Assembly (NCBI RefSeq): GCF_003668955.1
Contig: NZ_RAWO01000002.1
Span: 343,605 to 407,604, forward strand
DNA length: 64,000 nt
Origin: Corallococcus sp. AB038B
GTDB taxonomy: Bacteria; Myxococcota; Myxococcia; Myxococcales; Myxococcaceae
Direction of reading: 5' to 3'
Shown here in pieces: positions 27,452 to 35,555 of the stretch. The translations under genes and the position numbers were made by a program. The notes under the pieces were generated by a model. It was given only the letters and a program-made list of their open reading frames with translations, searched no databases and had not been told where the DNA came from. Numbering within the stretch: position 1 is the first letter of the stretch; each line of letters begins with the position of its first letter.

Positions 27452-30400
27452 TCATGGAGGAGGCCAGCGGGGCGGCAAGAGATCGATGACGCGGCGGCCG
27501 AAGCTCTCCGCGTCCGTTTCAATGGGCTGCCGGAAGTACCTTGGGTCTCCCGGCCCGTAGTAGTGGCCGCCGGAGCCAGGCAGGTTGCGCCACCACCGGC
27601 GCGAGAACGGATGCGACTGTCGGCCAATCGAATACTGGTAGGCCTGATACGCCTGATAGTAGTGCCGCGACTCGTGGACGGCGGTGCCCACCGCGTCGCC
27701 CACGTCCAGGTTCTCGTTGATGACGATGACGCCACGCCGGCTTACGGGCGCGAGCCGGCCCTGGTGCGTGACGTTGAAGTCCCATTCCATCCATCCGTAG
27801 TCCCCAGCCGGCAGGTTCTGGAATTCGACCCGTGGACGACGCGACTGGGGGACGCCCATGGCATCCATTGCCGCACCCACTGACTTCTTGAGGGCCTGCT
27901 GCCGGTCCCGGAGCGACAGCGTGCCGAACGTCGAGGGGTCCAGCTCCGGGATGTCCTCCAGCCCCGCTTGCAGGTCGCGCATCTGCGCCAGCTCGAAGGG
28001 CTTGAACCGGCGGCTGCTCCAGCTGCGGGAGACGGTGACGTCGAAGTCCCCCCAGCCCAGCACGTTGCCGGTGGGACCTATCGTGCGAATGCGCTTCGCG
28101 GTCTCGAACGGTTCGATGATCCGGGCGATCTCTCCCGGCTTCACGTTCGGGTCCAGGCTGTGGATGAGCCCCTTCAGCTGTTTGGGATCGATGTTGTACT
28201 GGGCCAGCAGGCCTGGCTTGCGCTTCGTGCCCTTGAGCGCCGACTCCACCTTCTTCAGCACCTTCAGCGTGGCCCCGACGCGGCCCTTCTTCAGCTCATC
28301 CCTGAAGACAACCATCAGGGCATCGAGCTCCGCGCGGGGGGCCGAACCGTGGGGCATGACCTCCCGGACCAGCGACATCTTGCGCCACGCGTCCGCGATG
28401 CGTTCGACGCGGTCGACGAGCTCCCAGCCCGGCGGAGGCATGGGGGTAATGGGCCCCACGCGCAGCTCGATGGAGATCCGCCACTCGTCGATGGCCTTGG
28501 TCAGCGCCTCCAGGTGCGCCGGCCCCAGGCCTCTCGCCCGGGTCCAGGCCAGGTCCGACAGCTGCGCTTGCAGGTCGTCCAGGTTCTTGCGGAGGTTCTC
28601 CCCCACCGCCGTGAAGTCCTTGAGCCTGGGGGCGTGCTTGCCGCCCTTCACCTCGACCAGGTGGAGCTTCGCGCTCGTCGGATCCGCGGCGTGGTCGAAC
28701 TCGACGATGATTTCATCGATGCCGCTGCCTTGCTCCGCGCCCCTGGGCTTGAAGTCCAGCCGCCGGAATCGCTCCGTCGGCCCCATCCGTTCGCCGAGCA
28801 GCGCCTCCGTGAACGCCCGGGACTTCTGCTTCTCCACCACCTCGCCCGCCTCGGTGGTGCCGTAGCCGCGCGGCTGCCAGCGGTTGCGGGAGCGCTTGGA
28901 CAGGATGAGCTCGATGTATTCCTTCTCACCGCTGGCGCGAGTCACCTCCACCAGCTTGTAGTAACGGAGCTCCTTGGGGCGGTACATGACCTCCTGCCAC
29001 GCGGGGCCGATCTGCGCCACCGTGTCCGCCGGATCCAGCTCCAGCGTGGTGCGCCCACGCTGGAGGTCGTCGAACACCTGGCGCGGTGCGCTCTTGATGT
29101 ACGGATCATCCAGCTCCGGCCCCCCCTTCGAGAACGGCCCCACCTCCGGGTGGTCGCCGTGGAGCACGGTGTTGGGCCACACGTTGTTGGGCCTGCCTGG
29201 CTCCCGGATGACGGGCTTGGTGTCCGTCACGGTGAGCACCGGGGCCGTCTTCTTCCCACCTCCGCGCGTCTTGACCGCCGGCGGCTTCGTCTCCGGAACG
29301 ACCACCTCCGGTGGCTTCGCCGTGGGAAGCTCCATCTCCAGCTGTTTTGGCGTCGGAACCTCCGGCGCTGACGGCTTCGCCGGGGTGAATTCCAGCTCCA
29401 GCTGTCTGGCCCCCTCCGCCTCCGGTGAAGGGACGGGCGGTTCCTTCTTGCTGAACAGCCGTGGAGGCTCATTCAGGTACTGCGGCTTCGAGCGCACGCC
29501 CTGGCCGAACTCCGCCATGTCGAGGGGTGTGAACGCATCCACCTCCTTCATCCGCTGGCGCAGGTTCTCCAGCGTCTTCTTTCCCTGCCGGATGCGGCGG
29601 GTCGCCTCCTCCGGGTCCATGGACACGCCGCGCTTGCCCTCCAGCGACGTGAGCAGCGACTCCTGCGCGTCGATCTCCAGGAGCAGCTTCTTGCGATAGA
29701 GCTCGAACTGCTTCTCGATGGGCAGCTTGTCCCAGTGCCGCAGCGCCCGTTCGTCCAGGGCCTTGATCAGGTCGCGCGTCGCCTTGTCGTGGCGCTGGAG
29801 CAGGTGCAGGCCCTCCTCGCCCAGGTCGGACAGGTCCGCGCCCGCCTTGACGATGATGGTGGGCTTGCCGCGCCGGAACATCGCGACGGCCTGGGCGGAC
29901 TTGCTGCCGGTGAGGGCTTCGAAGTCCGCCTCGGAGATCAGCTCGATGGGCGTGTTCGCGAACGCCTTTCGCTGCGCGGGCGGGATGTGCTCCAGCAGCT
30001 CCTTGCGCATCGCGCGCTGGAGCTGCTGCCGGTCGAAGTCGCCGGACATCTGCTTGAGCAGGCCCTCGTCGAACTCGCGCAGGAACTCCTTCATGTTCCC
30101 GGCGGGGTTCTCCGCCTTCCACTTCTTGAAGAGGGTCAGCCGCTCCTTGGGCGTGCCCCGGAAGTGGAGCAGGTCCTGGGTGCGCGGCGGGACATGGGGC
30201 TTGGAGATGCCGCCCAGCGCGCCGAAGGCCCCGGCCATCACCGCGCCCGGCGCCGCCTGCATCACGGTGCCGGCCAGCACGTTGAAGAGCGCGTTGCCGC
30301 CCTTGTAGTTCTCGTCGTTGAGGACGTTGCCCAGGAACGCGGAGGGCGCGGACTGCACCAGGCCTTCGGCGCCCTGGGCCAGGCCGTGCGCCGCCACGCG

Positions 30401-33400
30401 GGCCATCACCCCGCCTTCCTCCGCCATGCGCGCCAGGAACCCCAGCTTGAGCAGCTTCGTGCCCATGCCAGCGGTGGCCGCGGCGGTGAGGGCGTCCACG
30501 GCGCCCACGCCCGCGTCGACGGCCGCCTCCTCCCAACCGTAGGCGCTGCCCTTCATGGCGGCCTTGGTCAGCATCGTCACCGCGGCCGTCGCCACCGCCA
30601 TGCCCACCAGCACCGGCGTGCTGGCCATGAACGCGCCGAACGCGGCCCAGAACCCCGCGCCCGCGGGCGGAGCGAAGATGCTGACGATGACGCCGATGAT
30701 GATCACCACCGCCATCACCACCGCGGTGAGGACCATCACCAGCCGGTCGGTGATGAAGTCCACCTGCTCGCGGTGCATCTGCACCGACTCGTCGGCGTAA
30801 TCACCCTGGCGCTGCACGCGATCGGACTTCTTCTCCCAGTCGTCCTGCCACTGGCGCAGCCCGTCGGCGGTGTAGTTCTTGTCCCCGGGCTTGGGGCGCA
30901 TCCGCTCGTGCAGCTCCAGCGCGCTCACCTCGGCGTCGAGCGCGGACGCCTGGTCCAGCACCAGCTGGTACTCCGACGACGCCAGGCTGTTGGTGGAGCG
31001 CGCCTCGAAGTGCACCCGGCGCCAGGCCCGGTCCGCCTTCTCGCGGGGCGTGACGGGCTCGCCGTAGTCCACCATGTCCAGGACGTCGAACTCATCGCGT
31101 CCGCCCAGCTCCTCGTCGATGCGCGCGCGGAAGCGCTCGAAGGGCGTGCGCGTGTCGCCAGGGTCGGCGGGGTGGTCCTTGGCCCACTCCTCGGCCATGG
31201 CCTGGATCTCCGCCTTCGTCTTCCCGGCGAAGACCTCCTTGAGCGCGTCCTCGTCCGTGCCCACGCCCTGCACGGCGTACTGAACGATTTCCGCGTCGGT
31301 GAGGTAGCCCTTCTCCAAGAGCGACGCGACGGCGTCCCGGTCCGCGCCGGACGTGTCCATCAGGACGGCCTGCTCGAAGCTCGCCTGGAGGTGCGTGCCC
31401 TCCACGTAGGCGCTGTCGTACTCGGCCGCCAGCGCCTTCATGTTCGCCATGGCGTCGGCCTGGGCCTGGGCCTTCGCCTTGCCGTCCACCTCCTTGCGTT
31501 CCTTCGCGATGCGGGCCTGGACCTTCTCCGGGCTCCACTTGTCCAGGAACTCCACTTCACTGATGCGGCCCTTGCGGCGGTCCTCCTCCGTGAGCGGGCC
31601 TTCGCTGGCGGGCTTGACCTTCGCCTCGTCCAGCGTGCGCTCGATGTCCATTCGCTCCTGGACGTCCAGGTAGCCGTCACGGCGCGCGTCGGCGATCTGC
31701 CGCTTGCCCTGCGCGGACATGGCGTCGCGGATGACCTTGTCGTCCGCGTAGAAGACGCTGGTGTGCTCGATGCGGATGCGCGCGGCATCCACCTGGAGTC
31801 CCTTGTCGTCGCGCAGGCCCTCGATGAGCTTGAGGTCCTCGCCCTTCATCTCGTCGTGGAACGCGGCGCTGAGCGCGCTCTCACCCGTGGTGCGCTCGGT
31901 CCACTCCGGGCCGTATTGCTTCTCATACGACGCGTCGATGGCCTGGTTGCGCTTGAGCAGCTCCGCGCGGAACGTCTTGGTGTCCCAGCCGTACTGCTGC
32001 GCGTCCGCCTCCGTCTCCTTGCGGATGCGGTCGTAGACGCCCTCCATGGCCTTGCGGTCGGTGCCCAGGCCGAAGAACCACCCGCCGCGCATGGCGCGGT
32101 CCATCTCGATGGCGCGCGCGTCCTCGGTGCGGCCCTCCACCAGGGCGTGCATCTCGTCCACGTCGTGTGTCTTGAGCGCGCCGCTGCGCAGCTCGTCGTC
32201 CATCTGGACGACCAGGTCCTTGCCGTACTTCTGCTGGTAGGCCTTCTTGATGGCTTCGATCTGCTCCGGCGTCTTGCCGCGAAGCAGGGTGAGGATGGCG
32301 GCCTCGTCCGTGCCCCAGCCCAAGCCGAAGAAGGTGCCCTCCATGGCGTCGTTCAGCTCGACAGCGGCGGCCTTGGAGGCGTTGCCGGAGAGCAGCGCTT
32401 CCGCCTTGTCCCAGTCGTGCGTGGTGGTGCTGAAGAAGTCGTCCAGCTCGCTCTTGAGCCGCTCGCGCAGGTTCTCGTTGTGCTCCTGCTGGTAGAGGAG
32501 CTCGATGTAGTGGCCCTGGAGCGGGTTGAGGTTGGCGAGCGCGTCGAAGATCTTCTTCTCGTCCGTGCCCCACTGGTCCACGCCCTCCCAGACCTTGAGG
32601 GAGATGTTGCGAGCGCGGTTGCTGAAGAGGGGCTCCTGCTGGTCGACGACGATCTTGAGCCGCTCCAGGTCTGTGGACGCGAGCAGCTCCTTCTCCAGGG
32701 CCTCCATGAGCGGCTTGCGGCGCTGGCCGATGATGCGCACGGCCAGTCCCTCCGCGAGCGCCTGCACCGCGTCCTTGCCACCCTTGCCGTAGTAGGAGAG
32801 CAGGATGGCCTTCTGCTCCTCGCTGAGGGCGTTGTTCCCCTTGATGGTCTCCGCGTCCAGCTCCTCGCCCTGGCGCAGGCGCACCTCCGCGAGGAACAGC
32901 ATGTTCTGGTCCAGCGACGTCTTGTTCTCCGCCGCGCGAGCGGTCTCCCACGCGCGGCTCTCGTCGTGGGCGGCCGCCAGCCAGTCGATGATCCACCCGA
33001 GCAGCCGGTCCCAGAAGCCGCGCTCGTAGCCGATCTGCTTCGCGTGCCAATCGCGGATGACCTCCCGGGCCTCCTTGCCCGCGTCGCGCAGCTCCTGCTG
33101 ATAGCGCTCCACGCTCTGGTCGATGTCGCGCTTCGCCTTCGAGACGACGGCGCCAATCTCCTTGCGGCGGTCGTCCAACCACTTCTTGGTGGGGCGGTAC
33201 GCCTCCGTGGCGGTCTTGAGCTTCACCGGATCATCGCCGGCGTCCTTCTTGAGCTCCCACTCGTCCTGGAGCGCGGCGAGCTCGTAGGCGTGCATCTGGT
33301 CGCTCGCGGCCTTCGCGAAGGCTTCCTTGAAGCGCTTGCCGTTCTGGTCGTACCGGACGACCCAGTTGCTCACCTTGGTGTCCACGGCCGCGATGAGCGC

Positions 33401-35524
33401 GTCGCGTTTGCGCCGGGCCTCGGTCAGGTCGACGCCGCCCTTGATGGCGGCGGCCTTCGCCTCGGACTGCGCGTCGAGCGAGGCGCGCATGCGCGACAGG
33501 GAATCAGCGAACGACTTGCCGCCCTCCTCCAGGCTCTTCTTCGCGTCCTCGTGCGCCTTGCTGAGCGTGCCGGTGGTGGCGGCGTGCGAGTCCACCAGTT
33601 GCTTGCGGCGGGCCTCCACCTTCGCGTCCAGGTCCTCCTTCTTGATCTGCGCGGCGTCCGCGACGCGCTGGAGCTCCGCGGCGAAGATGGGACGTTCCGC
33701 GGTGATGAGAGCAACGCCCCAGGACGCATCCAGACCGCCCGGGACATAGGCTTCGCGGGCCTTCTGGACGGAGGCGTCCGCGTACTTGTCCGGAGCGACG
33801 AGCAGCCGCGCCAGCACGTCGCCAATGTCCACGCGAGCGAAGTCGGGGACGTTGATGGGCGCGGGGGCGGCCTGTTCGAGGACGGTGATGCCCTTCGCGG
33901 GTTCCTTGGGCTGGACCTTCGCCTTCTTCTGCTTGTCTGCCTCGGCGGTGATCTTCTTCTGGAGGCGCGTCCAGTCCTTGAGCTTCTCCGGGTCGGTGGG
34001 CTTGGGGCCGCCGGGCTTGTAGACGAGGTCGCCGAGCGGGCCCTTGATGAGCATGTGCCCGCCGTCGTCGCGCACGAGCTGCGCGCCAATCTCCGGCACA
34101 TGGCCCAGCGGGCTCTTCCGCAGGTCGGGGAGTTTGGCCTCCTTGACGTCCAGCTTCCGTTCGCACTTCGCATCCACCAGCGAGGAGGCCTTGCCGGTGG
34201 GATCGTCCGGGATGGCCGGAAGGTCCTTCGGCTGCTTCGCCGGGGTGATGGCCTTCTTGCCTTCGTCCTCCAGTTGCTTGAGGCGCGCGGCGCGGACCGC
34301 GTTGGGGTCCACGGCGGCCTGGGTGATCTTGAACGTGTAGCGGGGCGCGGGAGGAAGCTGGGGCTCCGGGACCTGCGCCGTGGTGCTGGAGATGCGGCCC
34401 TTCCATGCGGTGACCGGATCCGCGTCCGCGCCCACCGCTGGCGCAGCGGGGATGGGCCCCGCCGTGACAGGTGCCGCCTGCGCAGGAGGCGGCGCGGGAA
34501 GGCTGGCAGGGGGCTCCACCGCCGCGACGGCACCCGTCGGATCCGGAGCGGTTTCGAGACCGTGCTTGATGCCTTGGGCGCCCTGCGCATGGGCCTCGGC
34601 CAGCTGCTTCTGCCACTCCATCGCGGCCGGAGGCACGGGCACCCTGGGGCCCGTGTCGACCGTGGCCTCCGTCTGGATGGAAGGAGGCTCCTGGGGTCCA
34701 GCGCCAGGGGAGGCCTGACGGACGACGATGTGGACATCGCTCTGGCTCGACAGCGCGGACACCAGCGTGTCGATGCGCGCGGCGTCGTCCATGCCGCCGG
34801 GAGCGGTCCCCGTGGGAATGGAAGCGGGCGCGGGAGCTTGCTCATGCGTTGCCAGCTCGCCGCCCGCGCTGGGCGCATCGACGGTGGTGGCTGTAATGGA
34901 TTCGGGCGCGGGAGAAGTGCTGCCCCCGAGTCCCGCCGCTTCCGACTCCGCGGTGCTCGTGGTGGGTTCGAGGTCTGAAGCACGGGCCTCGGCGAGCCGC
35001 GCGGCGGTGTCTCCGAGTTGCTCAGCGGAGCCCAGAGGCAGGACGGCCATGCGTGCCGCATCACGCCGTCGAGCATCCTCCTCTTGCTGCTCGAGGGTCG
35101 CGGGCTGGGACGCGCCAGCCGCCTGCGCGAGCCCGGTGTTCGGTTGTGGCGCGAGCCCATGGATGCCCAGCTCCGCCTCGACGGCGCCGGGCGTGGAGAG
35201 CAGCGCGACCTCCGGCGGGTGGACCGGGTACGGCTCGAAAAGATGCGAGCGCGGACCGCCCAGTGTCCGCCACGCCGGGTCGCTCCACCGGCGCTCCAGA
35301 TCGCGAGCGGCATCACGAAGCACGGGCCCGTGAAGGGCAGGGGCCGAGCCTTTAAGTGACGCGAGCCGCGCCGCCAGCTCACGCGCGGGATTGGACGAGG
35401 AAGGGCCCCGGGGAACGACACCCGGAGCACGAGGAAGGGCCGCGGAGGACGAGGGAGTGCGCCCGGAGTTCTTCCGGAGCATGGCCTTGGCGGAGGCCTT
35501 CGGGCCCTGGTCACGGATGCGCAC
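27452..35524 (-). CDS. Giant (2690 aa) multidomain protein: disordered Pro/Ala-rich N-terminus, coiled coils, at least four annexin repeats, a hydrophobic transmembrane block, and a C-terminal HExxH (HESRH) zincin-like motif; candidate CIS cargo/toxin
   Basis: Annexin-type endonexin motifs GWGTDEKKIFDALANL, GLGWGTDEAAILTLLRGKTPEQIEAIKKAYQQKYGKDL, GLGTDRKAMEGVYDRIRKE and GVGTDEDALKEVFAGKTKAEIQAMAEEW lie at aa ~980-1460. A TM-like block ITDRLVMVLTAVVMAVVIIIGVIVSIF...GMAVATAAVTMLT lies at aa ~1590-1660. AVHESRHYYQ sits about 74 aa from the C-terminus. Strong GC3 coding bias along the whole ORF. Confidence 0.7.
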   Translation of the reverse strand: MRIRDQGPKASAKAMLRKNSGRTPSSSAALPRAPGVVPRGPSSSNPARELAARLASLKGSAPALHGPVLRDAARDLERRWSDPAWRTLGGPRSHLFEPYPVHPPEVALLSTPGAVEAELGIHGLAPQPNTGLAQAAGASQPATLEQQEEDARRRDAARMAVLPLGSAEQLGDTAARLAEARASDLEPTTSTAESEAAGLGGSTSPAPESITATTVDAPSAGGELATHEQAPAPASIPTGTAPGGMDDAARIDTLVSALSSQSDVHIVVRQASPGAGPQEPPSIQTEATVDTGPRVPVPPAAMEWQKQLAEAHAQGAQGIKHGLETAPDPTGAVAAVEPPASLPAPPPAQAAPVTAGPIPAAPAVGADADPVTAWKGRISSTTAQVPEPQLPPAPRYTFKITQAAVDPNAVRAARLKQLEDEGKKAITPAKQPKDLPAIPDDPTGKASSLVDAKCERKLDVKEAKLPDLRKSPLGHVPEIGAQLVRDDGGHMLIKGPLGDLVYKPGGPKPTDPEKLKDWTRLQKKITAEADKQKKAKVQPKEPAKGITVLEQAAPAPINVPDFARVDIGDVLARLLVAPDKYADASVQKAREAYVPGGLDASWGVALITAERPIFAAELQRVADAAQIKKEDLDAKVEARRKQLVDSHAATTGTLSKAHEDAKKSLEEGGKSFADSLSRMRASLDAQSEAKAAAIKGGVDLTEARRKRDALIAAVDTKVSNWVVRYDQNGKRFKEAFAKAASDQMHAYELAALQDEWELKKDAGDDPVKLKTATEAYRPTKKWLDDRRKEIGAVVSKAKRDIDQSVERYQQELRDAGKEAREVIRDWHAKQIGYERGFWDRLLGWIIDWLAAAHDESRAWETARAAENKTSLDQNMLFLAEVRLRQGEELDAETIKGNNALSEEQKAILLSYYGKGGKDAVQALAEGLAVRIIGQRRKPLMEALEKELLASTDLERLKIVVDQQEPLFSNRARNISLKVWEGVDQWGTDEKKIFDALANLNPLQGHYIELLYQQEHNENLRERLKSELDDFFSTTTHDWDKAEALLSGNASKAAAVELNDAMEGTFFGLGWGTDEAAILTLLRGKTPEQIEAIKKAYQQKYGKDLVVQMDDELRSGALKTHDVDEMHALVEGRTEDARAIEMDRAMRGGWFFGLGTDRKAMEGVYDRIRKETEADAQQYGWDTKTFRAELLKRNQAIDASYEKQYGPEWTERTTGESALSAAFHDEMKGEDLKLIEGLRDDKGLQVDAARIRIEHTSVFYADDKVIRDAMSAQGKRQIADARRDGYLDVQERMDIERTLDEAKVKPASEGPLTEEDRRKGRISEVEFLDKWSPEKVQARIAKERKEVDGKAKAQAQADAMANMKALAAEYDSAYVEGTHLQASFEQAVLMDTSGADRDAVASLLEKGYLTDAEIVQYAVQGVGTDEDALKEVFAGKTKAEIQAMAEEWAKDHPADPGDTRTPFERFRARIDEELGGRDEFDVLDMVDYGEPVTPREKADRAWRRVHFEARSTNSLASSEYQLVLDQASALDAEVSALELHERMRPKPGDKNYTADGLRQWQDDWEKKSDRVQRQGDYADESVQMHREQVDFITDRLVMVLTAVVMAVVIIIGVIVSIFAPPAGAGFWAAFGAFMASTPVLVGMAVATAAVTMLTKAAMKGSAYGWEEAAVDAGVGAVDALTAAATAGMGTKLLKLGFLARMAEEGGVMARVAAHGLAQGAEGLVQSAPSAFLGNVLNDENYKGGNALFNVLAGTVMQAAPGAVMAGAFGALGGISKPHVPPRTQDLLHFRGTPKERLTLFKKWKAENPAGNMKEFLREFDEGLLKQMSGDFDRQQLQRAMRKELLEHIPPAQRKAFANTPIELISEADFEALTGSKSAQAVAMFRRGKPTIIVKAGADLSDLGEEGLHLLQRHDKATRDLIKALDERALRHWDKLPIEKQFELYRKKLLLEIDAQESLLTSLEGKRGVSMDPEEATRRIRQGKKTLENLRQRMKEVDAFTPLDMAEFGQGVRSKPQYLNEPPRLFSKKEPPVPSPEAEGARQLELEFTPAKPSAPEVPTPKQLEMELPTAKPPEVVVPETKPPAVKTRGGGKKTAPVLTVTDTKPVIREPGRPNNVWPNTVLHGDHPEVGPFSKGGPELDDPYIKSAPRQVFDDLQRGRTTLELDPADTVAQIGPAWQEVMYRPKELRYYKLVEVTRASGEKEYIELILSKRSRNRWQPRGYGTTEAGEVVEKQKSRAFTEALLGERMGPTERFRRLDFKPRGAEQGSGIDEIIVEFDHAADPTSAKLHLVEVKGGKHAPRLKDFTAVGENLRKNLDDLQAQLSDLAWTRARGLGPAHLEALTKAIDEWRISIELRVGPITPMPPPGWELVDRVERIADAWRKMSLVREVMPHGSAPRAELDALMVVFRDELKKGRVGATLKVLKKVESALKGTKRKPGLLAQYNIDPKQLKGLIHSLDPNVKPGEIARIIEPFETAKRIRTIGPTGNVLGWGDFDVTVSRSWSSRRFKPFELAQMRDLQAGLEDIPELDPSTFGTLSLRDRQQALKKSVGAAMDAMGVPQSRRPRVEFQNLPAGDYGWMEWDFNVTHQGRLAPVSRRGVIVINENLDVGDAVGTAVHESRHYYQAYQAYQYSIGRQSHPFSRRWWRNLPGSGGHYYGPGDPRYFRQPIETDAESFGRRVIDLLPPRWPPP

Positions 35525-35555
35525 GGTCCCCCCCGCACCATCAGCGCGAGGGACG

